NCBI GenBank assembly: GCA_033762915.1
Contig: JANRLD010000068.1
Location: forward strand, 1-29,447
Direction: 5' to 3'
DNA from: Meiothermus sp.
Lineage (GTDB): Bacteria; Deinococcota; Deinococci; Deinococcales; Thermaceae
Length of the DNA: 29,447 nt
Positions 7,405 to 20,233 of the stretch are shown here, one piece after another; position 1 is the first letter of the stretch; each line of letters opens with the position of its first letter. The notes below the pieces were generated by a model that saw only the letters and a list, made by a program, of their open reading frames with translations, was not told the DNA's origin and ran no database searches. Made by a program: the position numbers and the translations under genes.

Positions 7405-8539
7405 CCTCAGTGAGGCCATCGCCCAGCGGGCATCGGATGTTCACATCGAGCCTACCGAGACCGCCGCCCAGGTTCGCTTCCGCGTGGACGGGCTGCTGCA
7501 AATCTTCCTGACCCTGCCGCGCACCAGTTTTAGCCCGATGGTGGCCCGCTACAAGATCATCTCCAACCTCGACATCGCCAAGAACCGCGTCCCGCAGGAC
7601 GGGCACTTCAACGTGACCCACCACAACAAGCCGGTGCACTTTCGCATCTCCACTCTCCCCACCGCACTGGGCGTGAAGGTGGTGATCCGAATTCTGCCCC
7701 AGGAACACGGCCAGCTGACCCTGGGGGCGCTGGGCCTCGAGGCCCACGAACTCGGCCTCTTCAAGCACGCGCTGGGTCAGCCACAGGGCTTGATCCTGGT
7801 CACTGGCCCCACCGGATCGGGCAAGACCACCACCATCCACGCCGGCCTGAGCCACATCAACCGGCCCGAAGTCAACATCGTGACCCTGGAGGACCCCGTC
7901 GAGGCCACCATCCTGGGCGTCAACCACGTCGGCATTCACCCGGTCGCGGGCCTGACCTTCCCCGGCGTGCTGCGCTCGATCCTGCGCCAAGACCCTGACA
8001 TCATCTTCGTGGGGGAGATCCGCGACGGCGAGGTGGCCGACATCGCCCTCAAGGCCGCTCTGACCGGGCATCTGGTGCTCTCCACGCTGCACACCAACTC
8101 GGCGGTGGAGACCATTCTGCGCATGGAAGACCTGGGCGTAGCGCCCTACCTGCTGGCCTCCTCGCTCTCGCTGGTAATCTCGCAGCGGCTGGTGCGGAAG
8201 GTGTGCGAGCGCTGCGCGACCGAACACGCCCCCACCGACGAGGAACTCTCGGCCCTGGGCGTGGACAAAAACCTGCTGGTGGGCGGGCGCTTCCGCAAGG
8301 GCGCGGGCTGCCCCCACTGCAACAACACCGGCTACCACGGGCGCACCGCCATCTACGAGTTCTTGCCCCTGACCCCCGAACTGCGCGAGGGGGTACGGAA
8401 GGGCATCGGACTCGAGCCCCTCCGCGCCCTCGCCCGCCAACAGGGCATGGTCAACCTGATGGAAAGCGGCATCCTTAAGATGCGCCGGGGCTTCACCACC
8501 GCCCAGGAGCTGGCACGGGTAGTGTACCGGGAGCTATAA
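7391..8539 (+). pseudogene. 3' fragment of a PilB/GspE (PulE)-family assembly ATPase gene, interrupted by the prophage
   Basis: Begins mid-protein at (M)CNYILSEAIAQRASDVHIEP. Walker A GPTGSGKTT, EDPVE, LRQDPD, GEIRD, TGHLVLSTLHTN, CERC/CPHC zinc motif. In-frame TAG directly precedes the ATG and there is no RBS. Confidence 0.85.
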
Positions 8540-8731
8540 GGAAGCCCCCCAAAACCCCAGCGTTGTCGCGCGCCTGTCGGCCTTAACCGCGAGCTTGGTC
8601 TGTGCCCCCTGCGTCCGAGGTCGAAGATCGCGGAGCAGGCACACAACCACCGATCAAGCCGCAACCTGCGGGTCTTTCGGCGGGGCTGGTTAGGACCAAA
8701 AACTTCACCCGGTCCTGGGTAAACTGTCCGG

Positions 8732-9595
8732 GTGCTGCTCGAGCCCCAAGTCCCCTTCCCCGTCTCCTCCGACCACCGGGTGCGGCCCGATCTGGTCAAG
8801 CTGGACGAGCCTATTTTTCTTGTAGACCGCGAGTTCCCCAAGTACTTTGCCCAGAAGCTCGAGGCCTTCGCCCATCAGACCGCCAGCGCCGCCCTGGCCC
8901 CCGGCCACGACCCCAAAGCCGTGGCCGAGGCGCTGCGCTGGCTGTGGAACCGGATACCTAAAGAGCACCTTCGCGAACCCCTCGAGTACACCCCCGAAAA
9001 CACCTACGGCGTCGCCCGCTTCGAGATAGACCCCGCGCCGCTGCAAGTCCCGCCCGAGAACCCGCTCGAGTTCGGCAAGATCGCCGCCTTGTGCGTGCAG
9101 GAAGATCTGGTGTTAATGCACGGGACAACGCTCGAGGCCGCTTGGGTCTGCTTCCCCTCCAACTGGAACCCCGCCGAAAAGGTGGGGCGCAGTTTTGCCG
9201 AGATTCACATTCCGGTGCCTCACTCCGAAAAGCTTCTATCGGCCCAGGAGAACGTAGCCAAAGCCATGAGCCAAAAAGGCCCCTACGTGCGCCATGTGTG
9301 GGGCCTGGGCTTCGACCCCAGGCTCTCCTACCACCCCGAGTGTAAGCTACTCCAGGACGGTCAGACCATCTATTTCCGCTGCGAGCGCCAGGTCACGGTG
9401 CCCCTGCCCGAGCTGAACCGAAGCTGGTTTTTGATCCGGGTCTACATGACCCCCATCGAGCAGGTCGCCGACACCCCCGAGCGCAAACAGGCCCTCCTCG
9501 AGGCCGTCCGCACCATGCCAGAGGCCCACCGGGCCTACAAGGGCGGCACGCTGCGTGCGTTTGCGGCGCTAGAGCTCAGGGGATTTTTTGACTAG
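8732..9595 (+). CDS. DUF3445 / heme-dependent oxidative N-demethylase alpha-subunit-like protein
   Basis: VQEDLVLM, VCFPSNW.P.EK.G....IH.PVP, R.ERQ and FLIRVY motifs. Leaderless -10 TAAACT (8720-8725) 6 nt before GTG. Confidence 0.8.
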   Translation: MLLEPQVPFPVSSDHRVRPDLVKLDEPIFLVDREFPKYFAQKLEAFAHQTASAALAPGHDPKAVAEALRWLWNRIPKEHLREPLEYTPENTYGVARFEIDPAPLQVPPENPLEFGKIAALCVQEDLVLMHGTTLEAAWVCFPSNWNPAEKVGRSFAEIHIPVPHSEKLLSAQENVAKAMSQKGPYVRHVWGLGFDPRLSYHPECKLLQDGQTIYFRCERQVTVPLPELNRSWFLIRVYMTPIEQVADTPERKQALLEAVRTMPEAHRAYKGGTLRAFAALELRGFFD

Positions 9596-9654
9596 AGAAG
9601 CAAGGAAAGCAAAGTCTGGGTTTCCGCTGCCCCCTTCCCCCCTCGACTTACGGC

Positions 9655-10200
9655 TTACGGCCTTCCCAGCTTTACCAGATCAATCGCCCCGTCGGTGGTC
9701 GCGTAGCGCACCACCCCCACGCCGGGGACGAAGTAGACCTCGAGCACCACGTTGCCGCCCCCACCGGTCACGGTGGAGGTGCGCAGCACATAGGCGTTGA
9801 AGCGCCCGGCGGGCACGTTGACGCCCTCCACGCGGTTAACCTCGCCGATCAGGGCCACGCTCTGGTTATTGAAGCGGCTACGCCCGCCCCAGCGCTGGCC
9901 GATGTAGAGCGGCGGCTGGGGGTAGAGCTGCAGCGCCGGGCTATAGCGCTGCTCACGCCCGTTAATCAGGATGCCCTCGAGCAGCACCCCCTTGTCCGGG
10001 GTGTAGCGCAGCAGGTCCGCCACCACCGGGCGGTTGGGAAAGCGCCGCTCCAGCACCAGGACCCCGCTTTCGTCGCGCACCAGGGTCTGCACCTCGCCCG
10101 AACTGTAGGTCCAGCTCCAGCCGATCTTACTGGGGTAATAACCCGCGCCCTGGGCAAGAACCAACACCCCGAACAACAACACACTCAGCCAACGCCTCAT
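9655..10200 (-). CDS. Secreted hypothetical protein
   Basis: Signal peptide MRRWLSVLLFGVLVLAQ, YYP..G..W.Y, VPAGRF and YFVPGVGVV motifs. TAGCAT 7 nt before the ATG. Confidence 0.75.
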   Translation of the reverse strand: MRRWLSVLLFGVLVLAQGAGYYPSKIGWSWTYSSGEVQTLVRDESGVLVLERRFPNRPVVADLLRYTPDKGVLLEGILINGREQRYSPALQLYPQPPLYIGQRWGGRSRFNNQSVALIGEVNRVEGVNVPAGRFNAYVLRTSTVTGGGGNVVLEVYFVPGVGVVRYATTDGAIDLVKLGRP

Positions 10201-10329
10201 CCCAACCATGCTACGGCAGGGCGGTGAGGATGGAAGGTCAAAAGGGGGCAGGCAGCGGCGAGGGGCGTCTAAGGGCAGTGAAAGCAACAGCTCGATTTCA
10301 CCTATGGCCCCGCTTTTCGCCGTATTGGG

Positions 10330-11112
10330 CTACTCATCGCTCCCCAGCTCGTGCCCCCGCTGGGTCGCCGCCGCCACCGCCTCGATGATGGCGGCACGGA
10401 CGCCACGGGCCTCGAGGGCGGCCAGACCGAAGATGGTGGTTCCGGCCGGGCTCGATACCTCGTCCTTGAGCACGGCGGGGTGCTTTTGGCGGAGCAGCTC
10501 GCCGGTGGCGATCAGCACATCGGCGGCGAGCTGGAGCGACTGGGCGCGGGGAATACCCTGCTTAACCCCGCCATCGGCCAGGGCCTCGGCCACCACTGCC
10601 ACATAGGCCGGGGCCGAGGCGGACATCCCGGTGAAGGCGTCGAAGAGCCGCTCGGGAAGGTCGTAGACATCGCCCACGGTGGCGAACAGGGCGCGGGCGA
10701 ACGCCAGATCTCCGGCCTCGTCGGCCTCGCGGGGGCCGGTGAGGGCAGTGGAGCTTTTGCCGATGGTGGCCCCCAGGTTGGGCATCACCCGCACCACCCG
10801 CCGGGTGCCGAGCCGGCGGGAGAGCACCGCCGAGGAGACCCCGGCCATGATGGAGATGTACCCGACGTTGGGGTGGGCGATCTGGGCGGCCAAGGCGGGG
10901 AAATCCTGGGGCTTGGTGGCGATCAGGATGCGCTCAGCCCGGCGCAACTGGCCCAGCTCGAGCGGCGTCACCCCGTACTGGTTGGCGACCTGCTGGGTGT
11001 AGTGGGGCTGGTCCATCACCCCGATCTCCCCAGAGGCCAGCATCCCCCGCGCCAGCACCCCCTCGAGGATGCTTCTGCCCATCTTTCCCACGCCGACGAT
11101 GGCTAATTTCAT
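10330..11112 (-). CDS. proC: Pyrroline-5-carboxylate reductase
   Basis: GVGKMG, ATKPQ, VRVMPN, SAPAY and VSSPAGTT motifs. TAGACT 7 nt before the ATG. Confidence 0.95.
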   Translation of the reverse strand: MKLAIVGVGKMGRSILEGVLARGMLASGEIGVMDQPHYTQQVANQYGVTPLELGQLRRAERILIATKPQDFPALAAQIAHPNVGYISIMAGVSSAVLSRRLGTRRVVRVMPNLGATIGKSSTALTGPREADEAGDLAFARALFATVGDVYDLPERLFDAFTGMSASAPAYVAVVAEALADGGVKQGIPRAQSLQLAADVLIATGELLRQKHPAVLKDEVSSPAGTTIFGLAALEARGVRAAIIEAVAAATQRGHELGSDE

Positions 11113-11397
11113 GGGTAATAGTCTAACCGAGGTTTGGGGTGGGTCGTTGCGACGGGCTGCCGAAGGCTTGAAGAAGAGCGGGGACGTTTGGGGTTTAGGC
11201 GGCTAAGGTAACGCGAAGGTCTGGCCCCCAGCAGGCCGGGACTAGGCCGCAGTCGGGCCGTGGGCGAGAGTGGTCGGTGCGTCTTGTGCGGGTCCCACCG
11301 CCAGCTGCGGGCTCTTCTATCTCCCAACGGCCCAAACCCAACCGTAAGCCGCTGGGCGCCGGCAACATGCCCAGCCTGCCCGAATACAATGGGAGTT

Positions 11398-12093
11398 ATG
11401 TTGAGAGGAAAGATCGCACTCATCACAGGAGCCTCGTCGGGAATCGGGCTGGCGATTGCCCAACACCTCACCGCAGAGGGAGTCCGGGTCGGGCTGTTTG
11501 CCCGCCGCGCGGAGCAACTCGAGGGCATCGTTGCCAGGCTGCACGGCGCACTCGCGCTGCCGGGGGACGTGACCAAGCTCGAGGACCTGCAGGGCGCGGT
11601 GGGCAGGCTCGAGGCCGAGTTCGGCGGCCTGGACTACCTGATCAACAACGCCGGGGTAGGCATCTTTAAGCCGGTTCACGAGCTGTCGCCCGAGGAGTGG
11701 CACACGGTGCTCGAGACCAACCTGACCGGGCCGTTCTACGCTACCAAGGCCGCAACCCCGGCCATGGAGCGGCGCGGCGGCGGCTACATTGTCAACATCG
11801 GCTCGCTGGCGGGCAAGAACGCCTTCGCAAACGGCGCGGCCTACAACGCCTCCAAGTTTGGGCTGCTGGGCTTCTCCGAGGCCTCGATGCTCGACCTGCG
11901 CTACAAAGGCATTCGCGTGACCAGCGTCCTGCCCGGCTCGGTGGACACCGCTTTTGCGGGCAACCTCACCGGGTCGGAGTGGAAAATCCAGCCCGAGGAC
12001 ATCGCCCAGACCGTGGTCGAACTCCTGGCCTCGAGCCCCCGCATTCTCCGCAGCCAGGTGGACATCCGACCCAGCCAGCCGCCCAGAAAGTAG
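11398..12093 (+). CDS. Short-chain dehydrogenase/reductase
   Basis: TGASSGIG, NNAG, YNASK and PGSVDT motifs. TACAAT 7 nt before the ATG. Confidence 0.92.
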   Translation: MLRGKIALITGASSGIGLAIAQHLTAEGVRVGLFARRAEQLEGIVARLHGALALPGDVTKLEDLQGAVGRLEAEFGGLDYLINNAGVGIFKPVHELSPEEWHTVLETNLTGPFYATKAATPAMERRGGGYIVNIGSLAGKNAFANGAAYNASKFGLLGFSEASMLDLRYKGIRVTSVLPGSVDTAFAGNLTGSEWKIQPEDIAQTVVELLASSPRILRSQVDIRPSQPPRK

Positions 12094-12539
12094 CAGGCGG
12101 CTGGCGGCGCAGGAGAAGGGTAGAAGAGCGGCGGCCCTCGAGTTGATTCCGGCCATACTGACCCCGCCGATTTCGCAGGGTCGGTTCCCAGACCCTAGGC
12201 TTTCGCCGGGCGGCACAAAACCGCTCCAAACCTTTTCCTTGCTCTTCCGATGGCGCTTCCCGCCAACCCCCCGCATGCGCAGGCCCGGCTGTGGGAAGCC
12301 CGCCCTGCGTCCTCGGCCGCTCGCCTTCATTCAACCCTTATGCAAACGTATGCTGTCATTTGGGGCAGTTCCAGACTCTTTACTTAGTGCAAAGTTTTGG
12401 TAAGATACACTTTGACGCAGAAGGCAGAACAACACAATACCCAATCCTGTTGTCGGAAACAACGTGGAAGCGCTGCCAAGGACTGCTGTCGGAGAAGGGA
12501 GAAGTTGTGTCTCAGGGCACAGCTTTTAGGAGGAACGGC

Positions 12540-13742
12540 ATGAAGAAAGGTATCTTTATCGCGGCTGTCGCCGCGCTGGCTCTGGCCGGCTCGGCGATGG
12601 CACAAGGCAAGCTGACGGTGTGGACCCACTACGGCGGCCCCGAGTTGGCCTGGCTTAAGGCCACCGCCGCCAGCTTCAGCAGGAGCAGCGGCACCCCGGT
12701 CGAGGTGGTCGAGGTGCCCTTCGGCGACATCCAGAACAAGTTCATTCTGGGCGCCGCGCAGGGCCAGGCCTCCGACCTGATCGTCAGCATCCCCCACGAC
12801 TGGGTGGGCGCGATGGCAGCGGCGGGCGTGCTCGAGCCGATGGGCAAGTACGCCACCAAGAGCTACATTGACGGCCTCAACGACGTGGCCGTTGACGCTC
12901 TGACCTTCCGCAACAACCTCTTCGCGCTGCCGATGTTTGCCGAGTCGGTAGCCCTTATCTTCAACAGAAAGATCATCCGGGAAGCCCCCAAGACCTGGGA
13001 CGAGTTCCTTAAGGTGGCCACCGACAACACCACCGGAAACCGCTTCGGATTCCTCTACGACCTGGGCAACGCGTACTTCAACTACGGCTGGTTCACCGCT
13101 TACGGCGGCAGCGTGTTCGGGCGCAACGCCAGCGGCACCAACGCCTCCGAAGTCCGCTTGGGCGGCGACGCGGGCAACCGGGCTGTGGGCTTCATCAAAG
13201 ACCTGCGCTACCGCTACAGGCTGATCCCCGAGGGCGTGGACTACGGCGTGGCCGACAGCGCCTTCAAGGAAGGCTCGCTGGCCATGATCATGAACGGCCC
13301 CTGGGCCATCGGCGACTACCGCAAGGCCAACATCGACTTCGGCATCGCCCCCATGCCCTCCCCTCCGGGTGGCGGCGCCTGGAAGCCCTTCGTGGGCGTG
13401 CAGGGCGTGGCCATGAACGCCTACAGCCGTAACAAGACCGCCGCCGCCAACTTCGCCAAGTTGCTGGTCACCACCCAGAACCAGGTGTCCTTCAACAAGG
13501 CCGGCGGACGCATCCCGGTATCCAAGGCTGCCGCCCAGCAGCTGCGCAGCGACCCCGTGGTGGCGGGCTTCTCGCCCATCATCGCCAACGGGACCCCCAT
13601 GCCCAACATCCCTGAGATGGGCAAGGTCTGGGGACCGTGGGGCAACGGGCTCAGCCAGGCCATTCAGAAGGCCGACACCAACGTCAGCCAGATCGTGACC
13701 AACATGGTGGCGGAGATCAACAAGGGTATCTCGGGCCGCTAA
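12540..13742 (+). CDS. malE: Maltose/maltodextrin ABC transporter substrate-binding protein
   Basis: AGGAGG RBS, signal peptide, PHDW.G, NGPW, PFVGVQG and PMPNIPEM.VW motifs. Confidence 0.88.
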   Translation: MKKGIFIAAVAALALAGSAMAQGKLTVWTHYGGPELAWLKATAASFSRSSGTPVEVVEVPFGDIQNKFILGAAQGQASDLIVSIPHDWVGAMAAAGVLEPMGKYATKSYIDGLNDVAVDALTFRNNLFALPMFAESVALIFNRKIIREAPKTWDEFLKVATDNTTGNRFGFLYDLGNAYFNYGWFTAYGGSVFGRNASGTNASEVRLGGDAGNRAVGFIKDLRYRYRLIPEGVDYGVADSAFKEGSLAMIMNGPWAIGDYRKANIDFGIAPMPSPPGGGAWKPFVGVQGVAMNAYSRNKTAAANFAKLLVTTQNQVSFNKAGGRIPVSKAAAQQLRSDPVVAGFSPIIANGTPMPNIPEMGKVWGPWGNGLSQAIQKADTNVSQIVTNMVAEINKGISGR

Positions 13743-13756
13743 GGGTTCGCCCTATC

Positions 13757-13786
13757 AGACCTCCCGCCTATGGTGGGAGGTCTTTG
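13757..13786 (+). terminator. Terminator/stabilising hairpin after malE
   Basis: AGACCTCCCGCC-TAT-GGTGGGAGGTCT followed by a short T run. Confidence 0.7.
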
Positions 13787-13872
13787 CATTGTCTCTAGTT
13801 CATCGGTCTGCAAAAACGCTTCCACCGTGTCAGGGTTGCACGTCCTGGGCAATTTAGGTATATGCTACTCTC

Positions 13873-14006
13873 GTCCGAAAGCACTATGGCTGCGCCCGGG
13901 AACGACATTGGGAAATGAGGCTGACTGGGACGAGTATCAAGCGATCCCCAAGCCGCTTCAGCCTGACACCGGCGGGAACTCCATAGCTGGCGACGTTTCT
14001 CGGAGG
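13873..14006 (+). promoter_or_regulatory. Candidate structured 5' leader of malF that pairs with the RBS
   Basis: Nested pairings TCCGA/TCGGA, CTATGG/CCATAG, AGGCTGA/TCAGCCT and GGGA/TCCC, preceded by a -10-like TATGCT at 13861-13866. Confidence 0.5.
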
Positions 14007-14011
14007 TTGTT

Positions 14012-15373
14012 ATGTACCGTTCACCCCCTGGTGCTCGAGGTTTCGCCTTAACCATTGGCCTGTTGGGAGGCGGGCTAATCCTGGCCTTTATCGTCGGCCT
14101 GCTGGCCTACTGGGGCTTGCAGGCAGCCTTCCCGCGCCCCTTTGACAACCCCTGGCCGGGCTATCTGACCCTCTTTTTCACTGCGGTTGCCTACATCCCC
14201 ATGCTGGTGGTGATGGGCCGCCGTTTTCCCTACATTACCGACTGGTACTACTTGCTGCCTGCAATTTTGTTCCTGCTGGCCTTCACGGTGTACCCGATCT
14301 TCCTTACCGTCTACTACGGGTTTACCAACTACAACGGGGTAAACGCCAATAACGCGCCCGACCGGGCCAGCGAGGTGCAGGTGGTGGGGCTACAAGGCCG
14401 CACCCTGACCCTCTCCGAAGACCCCACCGCCAAGTTCCGCTGCGAGGAGCGCGGGGGATGTGCGGGGCTGAGGCTCGAGCTAACCGCCGAGAACAACCGC
14501 GCTTCGGCCACCATTGCTCGAGTCGAGGGCACCACAGTTGAACTGACTGCGGCCCCCAACTTCACCCCCACCCTGGCTTACCGCATCAACGATGTGCAGT
14601 TTATCGGCTTTGGCAACTTTGCCCGTATCTTCTCCCAGGCAGGTACTATCCTCTGGCCAGTTTTCGTATGGAACATCATCTTTGCCTTCTTCGCCGTAGC
14701 CACCAACGCAGTGGTGGGGCTGATTTTGGGGCTGATGCTTAACAATAAAAACCTGGCCCTGCGTGGCTTTTACCGCACCATCCTGATTATCTCTTGGGCC
14801 ATGCCCGCCGTGATTAGCTTCCAAATTTGGAGCGCCATGCTCAATGTGCAGTTCGGCCCCATCAACCGCTTTCTGGGGCTGCTGGGTTCGTACCCCATAC
14901 CTTGGCTGACCGACCCCGAGTGGGCCAAGGTGGCGGTACTGCTGGTCAACATCTGGCTGGGCTTTCCCTACTGGATGACCGCCACCCTCTCGGCCCTTTC
15001 CACCATCCCCGACGACGTATACGAGGCCGCCAAGATTGACGGGGCCAGCCCCGCCCAAACCTTGGTGGGTATCACCTTGCCCCTGCTGCGACAGCCTTTT
15101 ATGCCGTTGCTCTTGGGTTCATTTGCCTACAATTTCAACAACTTCGGGCTGATCTTCTTGCTCACGGCGGGCGGCCCTGCCGCCGAAGGGCGACCATCTA
15201 CTGCACAGTCCACCGACATCCTCATCTCATGGGCCTACAAAACCGCCTTCCAGGCTGACGGGGGCCAGGCTTGGGGCTTGGGTGGGGCCATTTCAGTCAT
15301 TATTTTTGTCATCACGGTGGGGATTAGTCTCATCAACTTTAGGGTGACTGGAGCCTTGAAGGAGGTGCGCTGA
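14012..15373 (+). CDS. malF: Maltose/maltodextrin ABC permease with a periplasmic insertion
   Basis: FTNY, GFGNF, WLGFPY, YEAAKIDGAS, FAYNFNNF and TDILIS motifs. Confidence 0.88.
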   Translation: MYRSPPGARGFALTIGLLGGGLILAFIVGLLAYWGLQAAFPRPFDNPWPGYLTLFFTAVAYIPMLVVMGRRFPYITDWYYLLPAILFLLAFTVYPIFLTVYYGFTNYNGVNANNAPDRASEVQVVGLQGRTLTLSEDPTAKFRCEERGGCAGLRLELTAENNRASATIARVEGTTVELTAAPNFTPTLAYRINDVQFIGFGNFARIFSQAGTILWPVFVWNIIFAFFAVATNAVVGLILGLMLNNKNLALRGFYRTILIISWAMPAVISFQIWSAMLNVQFGPINRFLGLLGSYPIPWLTDPEWAKVAVLLVNIWLGFPYWMTATLSALSTIPDDVYEAAKIDGASPAQTLVGITLPLLRQPFMPLLLGSFAYNFNNFGLIFLLTAGGPAAEGRPSTAQSTDILISWAYKTAFQADGGQAWGLGGAISVIIFVITVGISLINFRVTGALKEVR

Positions 15374-16725
15374 TGAACCGCCAGCAACTGAGCAGCTTAG
15401 CCACCTGGGCGGTTGGGATTTTGGCACTGGTGGTGTTCCCGCTGTATTACATCTTTGGCCCTGGCGAGTACAGGGGACTTCTGGAGCGCATTCAGACCAA
15501 CGTCCCCTTTGGTTTTGTTCGCGTCGAGAACGGCTGGATCAACGCCCTGCTGGCCCTGGCGGTGGTGCTGGGTCTGATCTTGCTATATAGCTTTGTCGTC
15601 ACCAACATCAACAACAGCCGCACGGGCCGTGCCAAGAGCTTCTGGCCTCTGTTCTGGCAGGGTGTGACCCACCTGACCATGTGGGGCTTTATCGTCTTTG
15701 CCTACTACCCCATCGTGCAAATTCTGGCGGCCTCTTTCGACCCCACCAACAGCCTCTACCGCTTCAGCCCGCCGCAGAGCGACAACCTGTTGATCCGAGC
15801 CAGGGTACTGCCCGACTTTTCGCAGGCCAGTCTGGCCAACTACCGCGCCCTGGTGGATGGGGTAGTGATTTATGGCTGGCAGTGGCTGCTGCTGGCGGGC
15901 TCGCTGATTACCCTGGCGACCACCCTAAGTATCGCAGGCTACCGCAAGCTCAAGGGCGACGACAAGGAAAACAGCCCCTTTGCCCGCTACCAAAGCTGGG
16001 CCTTGATGGCCTTCGCAGTCGCAACCTTCATTTTGGTGGCTTTCCTTGGTCCCTCGCAGTTCACCTCACAGAACACCGAAGCCAAGTTTGTGCTGTGGAT
16101 TCGCAATACCCTGCTGGTTTCGGGAATCACCGGGATTCTGGCGGTGGTGCTGACCGCCACAGCAGGCTACGCTTTCGCTCGTTTCAACTTTCCGGGGCGC
16201 TACTCGATGCTGCTGGTGTTTATCTTCATCCAGATGTTCCCCGGCTTCCTGGGGCTGGTGGCGATTTACTTCTTGGTTAGCGGTTTAGGTTTGCTCAACA
16301 CCTTCACGGGTCTGGTGCTGGCCTACTCAGGCGGCATCATCAGTTTTGGAACCTGGATCTACAAGGGATTCCTCGAGAACATCCCCAAAAGCCTCGAGGA
16401 GGCCGCAATGATCGATGGTGCCAGCAAATGGCAGGTGTTCTACAAAATCCTGCTGCCCTTGTCCGCGCCCATTTTTGTGTTCATCTTCCTGCTGCAATTT
16501 GTGGGAACCTACTCCGACTTTATTCTGGCCAACCTGTTCCTCACCGGCACCGATACCTGGACGGTGGGAATGGGCCTCCGCAGCTTCACAACCGGCCAGT
16601 TCAACACCAAGTGGGGCCTGTTTGCGGCAGCGGCTGTGCTGGGTTCGATCCCGATTCTGCTGACCTTCTACGGCTTCCAGCGCTACTTCGTGTCGGGGTA
16701 CACGGCGGGAAGCGTGAAGGAGTAG
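15373..16725 (+). CDS. malG: Maltose/maltodextrin ABC permease
   Basis: AGYAFARFNFPGR, QMFP, LEEAAMIDGA, WGLFAAAAV and G.TAGSVK motifs. TGATG overlap with malF. Confidence 0.88.
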   Translation: MNRQQLSSLATWAVGILALVVFPLYYIFGPGEYRGLLERIQTNVPFGFVRVENGWINALLALAVVLGLILLYSFVVTNINNSRTGRAKSFWPLFWQGVTHLTMWGFIVFAYYPIVQILAASFDPTNSLYRFSPPQSDNLLIRARVLPDFSQASLANYRALVDGVVIYGWQWLLLAGSLITLATTLSIAGYRKLKGDDKENSPFARYQSWALMAFAVATFILVAFLGPSQFTSQNTEAKFVLWIRNTLLVSGITGILAVVLTATAGYAFARFNFPGRYSMLLVFIFIQMFPGFLGLVAIYFLVSGLGLLNTFTGLVLAYSGGIISFGTWIYKGFLENIPKSLEEAAMIDGASKWQVFYKILLPLSAPIFVFIFLLQFVGTYSDFILANLFLTGTDTWTVGMGLRSFTTGQFNTKWGLFAAAAVLGSIPILLTFYGFQRYFVSGYTAGSVKE

Positions 16726-16754
16726 CGGCAGCTCTAGCTAAAGGCGAAAGCTTA

Positions 16755-16796
16755 GAGGTCCCTCGAGCGCACTCGCGAGTGCGCTCGAGGGACCTC
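16755..16796. repeat. Perfect 42-bp palindrome between convergent genes (likely terminator)
   Basis: GAGGTCCCTCGAGCGCACTCG|CGAGTGCGCTCGAGGGACCTC. Confidence 0.9.
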
Positions 16797-16810
16797 CCTT
16801 TGGGGAGAGG

Positions 16811-19951
<3,141 letters not shown>

Positions 19952-20233
19952 GGGTGGCTCCTGTCGGACTTGGGAAGGTGAGTCGAAGCTGCCGAAACCC
20001 ACGCCAACCCGCTGGGAAACTAGAGCGGTTCCCACGCATACTCCCTACGGCGCTAAAGCGGGCGGTTTTTGCTGTAGGGAGTACATTACCTGCCGCCGCG
20101 AGGGAGGTAAGGGTGGGAAATACGACAATTCTTTATGGTTGAACTGCAAGATTCCGCCCCGAAACGCTTGTAGGGAATTAGGCTAGCTGCGTCACTGTTG
20201 CCCTCCGATCTCGCAGGCTCAGACTGGCGCAGC

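Noticed and set aside
7391..8539. A naturally short, complete PilT/GspE-like gene
   Set aside because: The tetracysteine motif indicates PilB/GspE rather than PilT, and the start lies within a conserved helix at an att-like dyad without translation signals.
12291..12539. Longest-ORF N-terminal extensions (malE from 12291; also SDR 11260, GH38 20035, merR 24558, esterase 25304)
   Set aside because: RBS, leaderless promoters, signal peptides or stop/start overlaps support the downstream starts, and the extensions run through regulatory DNA or neighbouring genes.
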